From assembly GCF_006345805.1 (NCBI RefSeq), contig NC_042998.1, positions 29,140,001-29,204,000 of the forward strand: a DNA stretch of 64,000 nucleotides, written 5' to 3'. Made by a program: the position numbers and the translations under genes. Under the pieces are notes generated by a model. That model did not search any database, was not told the DNA's origin, and worked only from the letters and a program-made list of their open reading frames with translations. The DNA comes from Octopus sinensis (lineage: Eukaryota). How positions within the stretch are numbered: position 1 is the first letter of the stretch; each line of letters begins with the position of its first letter. This document shows, one piece after another, positions 1 through 11,480 of the stretch.

Positions 1-302
1 GCAGAATCGTTAGCACGCCAGGCGAGATGCTTATCAGTATTTCATCTGCCGCTACGTTCTGAGTTCAAATTTCTTGTTTGTCCTCTATGTTTAGCCCCTT
101 GTTGGTAGTAAAGAAATAGGTATTTCATCTACCGTTACGTTCTGAGTTCAAATTCCGCCGAGTTGGACTTTGCCTTTCATCCTTTCGGGGTCGATAAATT
201 AAGTACCAGTTACGCACTGGGGTCGATGTAATCGACTTAATCCGTTTGTCTCTCCTTGTTTGTCCTCTCTGTGTTTAGCCCCTTGTGGGTAATAAAGAAA
301 TA
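1..302 (+). mobile_element. tRNA-derived SINE family A, two copies joined head-to-tail (first internally deleted)
   Basis: Head GCAGAATCGTTAGCACGCC with B-box GAGTTCAAATTCC; core CTTTGCCTTTCATCCTTTCGGGGTCGATAAATTAAGTACCAG (resembles the MetaSINE central domain, from recall); tail GCCCCTTGTGGGTAATAAAGAAATA. Same sequence recurs many times in the window. Confidence 0.9.
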
Positions 303-1059
303 AGCTTCTTTCCACACAGCCATGCATGAATAGAAATAAATAGATATTACCTCAATGCTTCATATCTTCAATTGTTCGAATAATTTGCAACGTGAAATCC
401 AGAGTAGCTATTCAAGAAGCTTCACTCTACAAAAATCCTGATATATAAAGTCGTTTTTGATTGTTAGCACACCCGTTCTCCCATCCATCCATCCATATAC
501 ACACGAATGTTTAGGTTTAAATAATAATGATAATCTTAGTAAGTATATGTAAGATCGTACGATTGTATAAATCGTTAGCTGGGGATTTTAACAATCATAA
601 ATGCGCAGACAACATTCCAACGGTTCCTATTTAAAAATCAAAAGAATCTTCTGATAGACAAATTCGATCGACTAGATTTTCTTTAATATGTGACAGTTAC
701 CTATAACACATATTCTCTTTATAAACGATTCTTCGTAAAGTAACATCAATCGTGATTCCCACAAGAGTTTTTGAATGCAAACATCACACCGATTTTTAGC
801 GAATCAAAATGATTTGTGACAAGAATATTCGTTTGAATAACTGTGGTTCTGTTATCAGGAATTAAGTTATATTAAAGATTCATAAATATAGAATGGCGAC
901 GAGAAATTACTGTCATGTCAAGAAAAGTCAAGTTGGATTCCTATAAGGAAAATATCAGGAGACATGAAAACATACATATCTTTTCGAAGAGTTTGTCTAA
1001 AATACATACATACATACATATTTATGTTTTTGTGTATATATACATATATGTACGTTTCT

Positions 1060-1735
<676 letters not shown>

Positions 1736-1809
1736 CTATATTCAAACAAACATACACACATCTATATGTCTACTGTGCGTGTGTGTATTTGTCTTTTTGT
1801 TCCTTTCTC

Positions 1810-3007
1810 TTTTGCGGATTTTTATACTTCTTTTACTTTTCAAAATTAAGATAAAGTTCTTTTTAAATCTAAAATTTACTCTCCATTTTCTACAATGCTC
1901 TTCCACCTATCTGGTAGATTTGCAACACCCCATCTTTTAAAATTCACTTCTCCGTGACGAAAAATACTCCACCACTGTTCTGATCTCGTCTACAGCATTC
2001 ATGTTTTCCCATCTAAATGATTTTAAATACTGCGGAATTAAATGATAATCAGATGGGGCAATGTCCGGTGAATATGGTGGGTGAAGCATCGTTTCCCACT
2101 CAAACTGCTTCAGCCTTTGGAATGTCATCCTCTCTGTATGTGGCTGAGCATTGTCCTGATGGAAGAACACCTTTCATTGTGAAACCAAAGATGGTCGTTT
2201 TTCTTCCAGCATTGACTTAAGTTGCTCAAGCTGCTCGCAGTAGATTTCCTTTGTTATCGTTTGTTTTGGGTTTAAAAGTTCAAAGTGGACCAAACCTTTA
2301 ATGTCTCACCAAGCAGATAACTCCTTGCGTGGGTGAAGACCTTCTTTAGCTTGGGGTGCCGGTGATTCTCCTTTCACTACCCACTAACTTCGACGCTTGA
2401 AATTTTTATAGGGAACCCATTTCTCGCCTCCAGTCAATATTCGGTCAAAAAAAGGTTCATTCGTGAGACGTGACAGCAAATGAGAGTACAAATTCACTCT
2501 CTATGCCCGATTAGACTCGGAAAGTTAGTGAGGAACGCATTGACCCAATTTGCTGACTTTCCCGATGACACACAGGTGTCGATGAACTGTTCCGATGGGA
2601 TTTTGTCCACCAGGGTTTGCAGAGCATCCTCGTTGAGCTCTACATATCTTCCCGGACGAGGCTCGTCTTCTAGGCAGTGGTTTCCCACTCGGAATTTCTG
2701 GAACTACCGTCGACACTGGCTTACACTTTTTGTCCGATCCCTATATACTGTATTAATATTCATCGCACTTTCCGTTGCGATGTCGCCTTTATTGAATTCA
2801 TAAAGCAAAATATTCCGAATATGTTCCTTTGTCACTTCCATTATAGCTTTGAAAAAATAACTTAAAATCGAACTGCACTAAGAATAATGACAAGGAAAAT
2901 TTACTACCTGATGTTAAAGCAAGTTGATACAGGAAGCTTATCACATATCCCTCCGACATTTAGTCCATGCAATTGATAACACTGCATTATTTATGGGATG
3001 ATCCAAT
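1810..3007 (-). mobile_element. Decayed near full-length mariner (DD34D) transposon
   Basis: Minus-strand fragments LEDEPRPGR (HTH), LGQCVPH (WVPHEL-like), FHQDNAQPH and HPPYSPDIAPSDYHL; C-terminus NLPDRWKSIVENGE near 1870; TIR-like end TTGGATCATCCCATAAATAATGC at about 2985-3007 followed by TA. Many stops and frameshifts. Confidence 0.92.
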
Positions 3008-3160
3008 ATATATTTCACAGTTGACATCAAGATGTTCTCCATAAAGGATACACTTAATAGTGCTCAAAAGATTCAAACTTAGACTTTTATATCTTTACAG
3101 GGGATATTCCACAAGGTAAAGACAGGCATAAGAGGGATCAGGGTGAGCGGGTATAGAAGT

Positions 3161-3659
3161 AAATGTGGGGATAAGCAAATTAGACATCAATATATGAAAT
3201 ATATTAAATACATCAAATAAAAAATATGTATGTATGTATACATATAAACACGGTCCAACTTATACAGAAACAATGACAGAAAAAATTAAATGGGTGGAAG
3301 AAAGGAATTATAAGTCCAACAGCTGTTTCTAGAGGCTCAGCGATCCGTAACGTTTGTAGATTTAGTTCATCAGAAAATGCAGCCGTACGGATGCATTTAA
3401 CATGGGATGAAACGAGCCTCCATCTTCAGGGAAGGTCTGACTTCCTATGTTAAATGCATCCATGACTGCATTTTCTGCTGCACTAAATCTACAATCGCCG
3501 AGCCCCAAGAAACAGCTGCTGGACTTTCCATTCATTTCATTTCTTCTGTCATTTGTACTCTGTGTAAGCTGGATCTTTTTATATGTATACATATGTTCTA
3601 TTTGATGCATTTAATATACTTTAAATATTGATGTGTCTAATTTGTTTATCCCCAAATTT
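3161..3659. repeat. Long inverted repeat of a Penelope-like terminus (arms 3161-3403 and 3447-3659)
   Basis: Arms are reverse complements (GGGGATAAGCAAATTAGAC / GTCTAATTTGTTTATCCCC; GATGCATTTAACAT / ATGTTAAATGCATC), 43-bp spacer. Each arm carries a hammerhead-like core ending GAAACAGCTG. Confidence 0.85.
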
Positions 3660-3677
3660 GCATATATATATTATATA

Positions 3678-3723
<46 letters not shown>

Positions 3724-4094
3724 ATATATATATATATGCGTGTGTGTGTGTGCATGACCATTTAATGAATATTGGTTGACCTATTAAACAGATTCGCATA
3801 TGTTTATGCACGATATGCATTGCACATCGCAATACACATACTTATAACTGTACGCACACACACACACACATGTACATGATTATATGTAAATGATTATATA
3901 TATATGTGAGGAGGCAACATATACAATTAGACAATTGCTTGACATTTCCTGATTAGAAATCTCATTAACAAAAGATCAATTCTATTTATAATGACAATTT
4001 TAAGAATAAGTGTCTTAGACTTAATTAGTAATGCTTCAAGCACAAACACACAAACACAACACACGTGTGTGTGTGTGTGTGTGTGGTGTGTGTG

Positions 4095-4141
<47 letters not shown>

Positions 4142-4142
4142 C

Positions 4143-4670
4143 ACGGTGCTGTGAATAAACTGTCGTCTAAATTACGCAAAAATTAAAATAACACTTACAT
4201 CGCATTTTAACAGATGTATTTACCAAAATTACGTAAAAATATCTTGAAATACTTAAGAGAATATATTATTCAATAAAATTACCTTTGGCTTCAATTACGG
4301 CATCCAGATGACTTTTGAATTTCCTACAACTCTTCTGATCCGCCTCCTTGTTGAAATTGGTAAATGCTGCCATAGTTCTTGCTTTCGGTTCATCTTTGAT
4401 GTTACAAAGAATTTATTTGGTCTCTCACTCAACTGCGCCCCACTCATACTGAAGGGGGGTTGCAGTCTGGGGAGTTAGGTGGCCAGTTGTTAGGGGTGAT
4501 GTGGATTCAGAAATTGTCTGGCAGCCATGGCTGGGTTCTCCTGCTTGTGTGGCACGGTGCAGAGACCTGTTGCTAGATATAGGGTCTTCCAGCAGCCACC
4601 CTATTGAGCCAGGGCAGCACTACTTTCTCCAGGCATTTGATATAGGCACCCATGTTGCATAATGCACAGC
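4143..4670 (-). mobile_element. 3' part of an IS630-Tc1-mariner element, DD37D (maT-like) transposase remnant
   Basis: Minus translation LEKVVLPWLNRVAAGRPYI*QQVSAPCHTSRRTQPWLPDNF*IHITPNNWPPNSPDCNP; 37 residues separate the expected second and third catalytic positions; terminus abuts (TA)n at 4143. Confidence 0.85.
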
Positions 4671-4804
4671 TGTTCTGGCTGGAAGAAGAAACAGGTGTCA
4701 CAGCAACTGAACGGCACACCTTTCCGCACGTTGCACGTGTTCTGTTGTGAACAATAGTCATAACACAGTTCACAAGAGTTTGATTCTTGTGTGTGTGTGT
4801 GTAC

Positions 4805-4975
4805 GTTTGTGTTTGTCTCCCACTTCCACTTGACAACTAGTGTTGGTGTATTTATATCCCCGTAACCTAGCGATTCGACAAAAGAGAATGATACAATACC
4901 AGGCTTTAAAAATACTGGAGTTCGAGTCATTCGGCTAAAATTTTCCGAAGGAAGGGCTCCAGTATGGCCGTAGAC
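4805..4975 (+). mobile_element. SINE family B, diverged 3' fragment
   Basis: Matches TTGACAAC..GGTGT.TTTA..TCCCCGTAAC.TAGCG.TTCG and CTCCAGTATGGCCG blocks of full copies. Confidence 0.7.
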
Positions 4976-5000
4976 TAATAAAAAATAAAAAATGCATACC

Positions 5001-5053
<53 letters not shown>

Positions 5054-5057
<4 letters not shown>

Positions 5058-5205
5058 GGAAGTTTACGAAAATAAACAAAAGACGAAGGCAGGTGGAGTA
5101 CAAACAAACAAATGTATTAGTATAGCGCTCAGGAATAGAAAAAGTATTTTACGTTTCGAACCTACGCTCTTCGACAGAAAGATACAGAAAAAAACAAGGA
5201 GAGAT
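5054..5205 (-). mobile_element. Penelope-like terminal repeat fragment ending in (TA)n
   Basis: Homologous to 39031-39227 and to the first about 60 bp of 30034-30300; contains the hammerhead-like motif at 5145-5182. Confidence 0.75.
5145..5182 (-). ncRNA. Minimal hammerhead-like motif, CUGUCGA core variant
   Basis: Minus strand TCTTT-CTGTCGA-A-GAGC GTAG GTTC-GAAAC-GTA-AAATA: stem I 4 of 5 bp, stem II 4 bp plus tetraloop, ACGT palindrome, GUA triplet. Confidence 0.55.
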
Positions 5206-5410
5206 ACTATAGGCACAAGGCCTGGAATTTGGGAGAGGTTGATAGTTGATTACATCGATCCCCAGTTCTCTGGTACTTATTTTATCGACCCCGAAATGAT
5301 GAAAGGCAAAGTCGACCCCAGCGGTATTTGAATTTGAACTCAGAGCGTGAGACAGGCTAAATGCCGGTAAGCATTTTGCCCGGTGTACTAACGATTCTGC
5401 CAGCTCGCCT
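5206..5410 (-). mobile_element. SINE family A (alternative tail type)
   Basis: TTTATCGACCCCGAAATGATGAAAGGCAAAGTCGAC core; head ends CTGCCAGCTCGCC on +; tail AGGCACAAGGCCTGGAATTTGGGAG. Confidence 0.85.
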
Positions 5411-5416
5411 CATATG

Positions 5417-5448
<32 letters not shown>

Positions 5449-7258
5449 ATATATCGTTATTTTAATATAGTCGATGTTTATGTGAGTGCATGTGTGTTTG
5501 TTCATATGAACATTTTAGTCGCATTTCTTTTAAAGAAGGAAAGAGAAAGACCTATGGTGTCGTAATTATGTAAGCAGGCGTGCCGTTATTTCTTCTGAGG
5601 TCTCAGCATTTAATTGAAATGTGATTTTGGAGCAATACGAATTGATTTGGTGTTATGTTGTCTCATAAAGTCCGAGATCGATTTGAAATACTTAGAAAGG
5701 AACAACGTCTCCACTTTGCTGATTGGGCAATGTAGACAAGCTTTTCTACATATCAAATATAGAACAAGATTTTTTTAATTCTGAGTTAAGCTGTAGCGTG
5801 TAAGAGTACCTATTGTCGATATTAATGATACGAAGTGGCTAAGTGAATTTGATATTAGACTCTAAAACCTCAACGCTGAATCTTTGTATTTTGCTGTAAG
5901 CATTGCAGCTAATTGGACGAAGCACGTAGCTATGAATTGTCTTCAACCAAATTCCTAATATATTGTTTATTTTTTCTGAATGTGCCTGTCAAGATCAAAG
6001 GACGGAGTATTGTGCCTGAAAAAAAACTAGTTAATGGCTCGAGGTGGTTCCAAAAAAATATACAGTAATAGGAATGAAGCCAAGACAAGATTTACTTCTT
6101 AACTACGTTCACTTTTGTTTTGTAATTCACTTGGAAAGACTGAATTAAACTGTTCCAGTTTGGTTTTGATGTTGTAATATTTATATTTCTATTGAGCGGA
6201 TTATCTCAATTTACCGGATTTACATCTGGTTTTTCTAAGCTGTTCAAACAGAATATTTCTTGTGGTTTTGATATTTGCCTGAATTCCCTCATAAATGTTT
6301 TAAATATTTCTATCGATTGATTTACCAAATTCAAGAACAATACGATAATCTGCAGTTTTATATATGCCCATAAAAGGGAATGATAAGAAGAAACGTCTAC
6401 TGTCTAGTCTGGGAACGATAATAATCTTGTAGAAGAATACCAGTAAGAGGAATCGAATTCGGATAACATCAACTAAAATAAACTTAGCAAGAGTATCCGT
6501 ATGACAATAGTCGACATAGAAACCTCAGGAGACATTGTAAATTTAAAATGGAAAACTCGTCGACAAATATTTTGCTAGAAATAAAACACTTCCGAAGTTG
6601 ACCTACAACAATATTAGATGAATGGAAAAAAAAACAACAAAAAACTATTAACGAAATTGAAAATGGAAAGCAAGTAAAATCATATGGAATTGACATTTTG
6701 GAAAATTTAACGGCAGCTTGAGATAACAAACTATTGGCATTTAGAAAATCACAGATGGAAATAGAAAAAAAAAAAAACATTATGGTTTGATGAATTTAAT
6801 GTGCAAAATATTCCTGCTAGAGAAAAAAGCAGCTAAATATGGACAAGTAAGGCATGAACCCTTTTAATGGCCGTTATAGCGGTCTGGAATGTCCTGAATG
6901 CTACCAATATGTTCAGGGATTTTCTTCTAAAACGAAGCATTCAAATAATTATGCCCATAACTACACCTGCTTTAACCACGTACGCTTGAATGTGGTTAAA
7001 GAAAACGTCCGCTTTTTAATGGATGGGTGGAATAGCTGATTACGTCAGACTGCAATCGAAATCGAATCCCCAGTCTACGTTGTGGTATACCCTGAGTGAA
7101 TCGTATATGCACATTAGAAGGTGGATGTAATCACATGAAAATTATGTATTTGTTACAGAATTTCCCTACAGGAAATGTATGCAAGGCGGCTGTTTATTTT
7201 CAAGAAATCAGTTACTCACCAGCATATTATCGTTTTTTTTTTGTACATGTGAAGGTTT

Positions 7259-7546
7259 GTTTAATGTTAACATTATTACCAGGAAACGAAATCGAAAACA
7301 AAAAAAAAATGCAATGGGTGAAAAAAAAGGTGTACGAAACGAATATGAAAACAAAAATGCCCTGAAGGCAATGGGGCTGGAGAGAGGCCTTGGGAAAATT
7401 CACAAGATTCGATGGTTTTCCCTCATAGCTTTGAGGAAAATATAATCCTTTTGAAATCACAAATTAGGCTTTTCCTCAGAAACTTAGATGCTAAACATCT
7501 CTTTGAATGGTTCGGGTCCTACTATCTATCTATACACGCACACACA

Positions 7547-7589
<43 letters not shown>

Positions 7590-7788
7590 GATTTCATTAT
7601 AAAAAAAAGACATTTTCCTAAAAGTTATGAGGGAAAAACATCGGATATTGTGATTTTCTGAAGGCCTCTTCCCCCATCCCCGCTGCTTTCCGGGAATTTG
7701 TTTTCCTATTCGTTTCTTTCACTTTTTTTAACACTCGTTACACTATTTATTTAAATTTTGTTTCCGGGTAATAATGTCAACATTAATC
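7259..7788. mobile_element. Foldback MITE with about 180-bp imperfect TIRs and 8-bp TSD
   Basis: 7261-7441 is the reverse complement of 7612-7786 (TTAATGTTAACATTATTACCAGGAAAC / GTTTCCGGGTAATAATGTCAACATTAA); direct repeat GAAGGTTT at 7251-7258 and 7789-7796; spacer contains (CA)n. Confidence 0.8.
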
Positions 7789-8766
7789 GAAGGTTTATCA
7801 AAGAGTTAGGCAGTTTCCAGATAGAAAAAAAATAGCGTTTTTGATACGCAAGACAGAACAAGATATAAAAACCTATTAATGTGTATAAATTGTTCGGTGA
7901 TTGCTCATGTGATATTGTCTTTTCCGTTTCAGAGAGGATAGAATTGCGCTAACCAGGAACAAATGAATTATATGCGACTTCACTGAGCAAGTTTGCTCAT
8001 AAAAGAACTATTTAGCAAAAATATAATGAAAAAAATCAACCGAAAATAAGTGGAGAATCACTCCAGGAACTGAATACGAGACAATTGTTAGCGAATTTAA
8101 CAAAGATTTTAATGTGAAGAATTAAATTTTAAAGAAAATTAGATCCTCAGCGTACTAAAGTTTCTGCCTTTTCTACAATGAATGTATTTGACCCTTTTTC
8201 TCCAGATTGCCAGCATGTGTTCTAGACTAATTAAATCGCTTGTTGTCCTTATTAGTGAGTGGAAAAGGAACAGTGCCTGTGCAATTTGCACATTTTCCAA
8301 AATTGATGAATCACATCGGTTTGATATTAATTTTCAACATTTGCTAATCGACGCCTATAAGAAAGAAAGCCAAGCCAAGAGAGAATACCAGAATGTTACA
8401 ACTTTATCGGGGAAGAAATATAGTGTTTTGGGTGGGGTCTGGGGTAACGAGTCGTAGAAACGAAGAGGGGTAAAACGAATATGTCAGCGAGCTTGAATTC
8501 AGAGGGCATACAGATCACTTTCTCAAATGGGCTGAGCTTATCATGGATGAAGCAGAAGAGTCAGAGATAAGAAATAGCGAGTCCATGAGTTCTGGATTAG
8601 TTTGTTAATGAGATATGCTAATTCGATGAATAGTAATTTTATACGAAGTCAAGAATGTTTCTGTTGAGTATCGACACTGCCGTAAAGAATACTATAGGAA
8701 ATGTTCAAATGCTGGTTGCTCTCGACTTTTGTAGAAAGAAAAGTATTCCCCGAAGCTAAAGTGTTT

Positions 8767-9097
8767 CCGAGTCCCGAGGTGGGTGCCGAGTCCCGAGGAA
8801 GGTGCCGAGTTCCGAGGAGGGTGCCGAGTCCCGAGGAGGGTGCCGAGTCCCGAGGAGGGTGCCGAGACCCGAGGAGGGTGCCGAGTCCCGAGGAAGGTGC
8901 CGAGTCCCGAGGTAGGTGACGAGTCCCGAGGAGGGTGCCGAGATCCGAGGAGGGCGCCGAGTCCCGAAGAGAGTGCCGAGTCCTGAAGAGGGCGCCGAGT
9001 CCTGAAGAGGGCGCCGAGTCCTGAAGAGGGCGCCGAGTCCTGAAGAGGGCGCCGAGTCCTGAAGAGGGCGCCGAGTCCTGAGGAGGGTGCCGAGTCC
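8767..9097. repeat. GC-rich 19-bp minisatellite, about 17 units
   Basis: Unit CCGAGTCCCGAGGAGGGTG grading into CCGAGTCCTGAAGAGGGCG; 331 bp in total. Confidence 0.95.
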
Positions 9098-11009
9098 GTT
9101 GATTGTAGAGTTCTTTTTGTGTTAATCCAGACTTGTCAGTATAAATATTTACATCTGTATTTATGCTTAGAGAGATGTGTGTTAAACTATTTACGATCAT
9201 CCACATATGCAAATGCATGTTACATCCACTAGCATCTGTATGAGTATGTTTCAAAGGAACGTGTATCAATGTATGCCTATATATAACATTTGCAGAAGAC
9301 CAATTTCTTAAAAAAAAAAAAATTATAACATACTGACACGCACGGGACAATATTTTACTTCGTGTTGTTCTTGATGTCATTTCAAAGCAAAATATTCACC
9401 CGTGTGTCCATAATATGAAAGAATCAAATACATTCTTTTTGCTTTACATTACAGTAAGATGAATAAATTCTTTGTAAAGTAGGTAACTAATATAGTGAAC
9501 AGCAGCCACAATGCGACTGGTGACGTCTTGCACCATAAAACATTTTATATCTGATAAAGCTGAACCACATAACTCACAGAAAATAATCTACTTTCGGTAT
9601 GATGAAGTGAACAACAGTGATTTAATTGAAATAGAAAAAGAATGAAAACGAAAAAAAAATCAGTAGCCTGGGAAAGAAAATACCAATATTTGAGAAAAAA
9701 ATAAAACAATGTGCACCAGTTAGATTCGTGTAAAGATTTCCTGTTTTTGGATTTGAAAAAGTGGATATGATTTATAGGAGTTGGATAATGCAAGTATTTA
9801 TAAAATTAAACAAAATTACGGTGTAAATTTAAGAATATTATTTTCTTTGCTGAAATTGAGGTGAAAATTAAACAGCTATAAATAATTGAATAAAGAAATA
9901 AGAACTAAATTAAAATACATGTGTTGAATGAAACAATTAGATATTCAATTTATAGTAACATTAGGAACCCTCTAAAAGCCGTGGTATCTTGAAGAAATCA
10001 ATAAAACTACCTTTTTCATTTTCAGAATTTTAATTGTTTTCATGTAATATGAACTGAAGTATGATGTCTTAAAATGTTTTACAGATAGCTAATATCACAC
10101 ACGCGCACACCCATATACACACTCACTCACACAGGCATAAGGCATACATACTTATATGTACACACCCAAATTAAGTTGTCAGATAAATTCGTTTTTTTTT
10201 TTTTACCAGTGTTATTTGAATTTACACAATACATTTTAATCGTGTTTTACAATTTTTTTTCTAGCTTTCTTCTTTTAGAACTTTCTTCCATCGCTTTTGG
10301 AATTTGAATAAATTTTACCTTTCAGTCATATGATGATAGAGTGTCAAGTAGAAAACAAGATTGAACATTTTCGACCCAAGTGTCCCTTAACTTTCCCTCA
10401 AGGTTCCAAAGCTTGGCTCTTGCTCGGGTCGGAATCTAAATCTCTTTAAAATCACTGGCGGTCGGAGATCTGTTATATGTTGAGGCTGCCTTACCGAAAA
10501 TATTTTCGGAGTAAGAGTAGTTGGATATTAGTAATGTCATCCGTAAGGTTTTAAAAGACGATCGGAAATGGCTAGATTGTGTGTATATATGCTTGTTTTT
10601 CATTTGGTTAAAATAGGGCATGTAAAATTTCAGATCTAGGTCCAGGGAAGCATCTAAAAAGTGGGGCTCGTAGCCACATGATTTCCAGATCTATACTGCT
10701 AAAGACAAATATAAGGATTTTCCTAAAGGTATCTAGAGTATGACCGTTCCTTAACCATCCTCTCGATATATCAAGAGTGTGGAGGGACATGTTTTGTTTT
10801 CGTATAACTAGTATAAAAAGTCCCTAGTAGATCACATGTGTCAGCACTGTCTTACAAATCCATCGGTACGTCAAAATTTATCCGGTTAGAATTTCTTAAT
10901 CCAAGAAAGACCCACATTAAAAAAAAATTTTTTTACAGGCTTGCTCGATCAACTTATTTTTTTTTGTGGTTAATGGCCACGTGTTTTCTGGAGAAATCGT
11001 TTTTTTAAT

Positions 11010-11365
11010 TATTTATCTTGCATAGGTTTCACTATATCTTTATATCAAGAGATATTAATCTAATGAATCAAATTGTGCGAACTTTAGGCTTATTGTTTAT
11101 GATCTTAAACCAGTCCATGACAAAGTTATTTGCCGATTGTTTCAGTTTTATAGTTTTTCTGATAGAATTATCAATGTGTCTTCGTATTTTCTTTTGGTTT
11201 CTGACCCTATCGCTATCCTAGTGGGGTTTATAACTCTACAGATGGGCTTTGTAAGGTTGGGTTCGCGATCCTTTAAAGTTGTAGAGGCTTCATCTTTAAA
11301 TGTTCTGTCAATTGTATTGCGTTTTGCGAGCTTAACCTCATCACTGTGCTTGTGATGCGAGACGG
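11010..11365 (-). mobile_element. Penelope-like element reverse transcriptase fragment (decayed)
   Basis: Minus translation TTLKDREPNLTKPICRVINPT, then after frameshifts VMDWFKIINNKPK and KFAQFDSLD; resembles the PLE RT pattern ITLKDHK..F...P.CRLINP...VI.WF....FIQFDI..FYP. Confidence 0.75.
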
Positions 11366-11369
11366 GGAG

Positions 11370-11387
11370 GAGAGAGAGAGAGAGAGA

Positions 11388-11479
<92 letters not shown>

Positions 11480-11480
11480 G
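11370..11480. repeat. (GA)n-(GT)n-(TA)n microsatellite
   Basis: Directly visible. Confidence 0.97.

Noticed and set aside
8990-9080. CTGAAGA-GG-GCG-CC in the minisatellite as a hammerhead array
   Set aside because: Followed by GAGT rather than GAAA, and a 19-nt period leaves no room for stems I and III.
8767-9097. CRISPR-like array
   Set aside because: Units are contiguous with no unique spacers, in eukaryotic context with no cas genes.
8649-9380. 243-aa ORF with DSAPSSGLG-type repeats
   Set aside because: The unit is 19 bp, not a multiple of 3, so the peptide cycles through frames; flanks show no recognisable domain.
10555-10600. Minus-strand IYTHNLAISD resembling GPCR TM2
   Set aside because: Flanked by stops, wrong spacing to the nearest GN, no further helices; likely chance.
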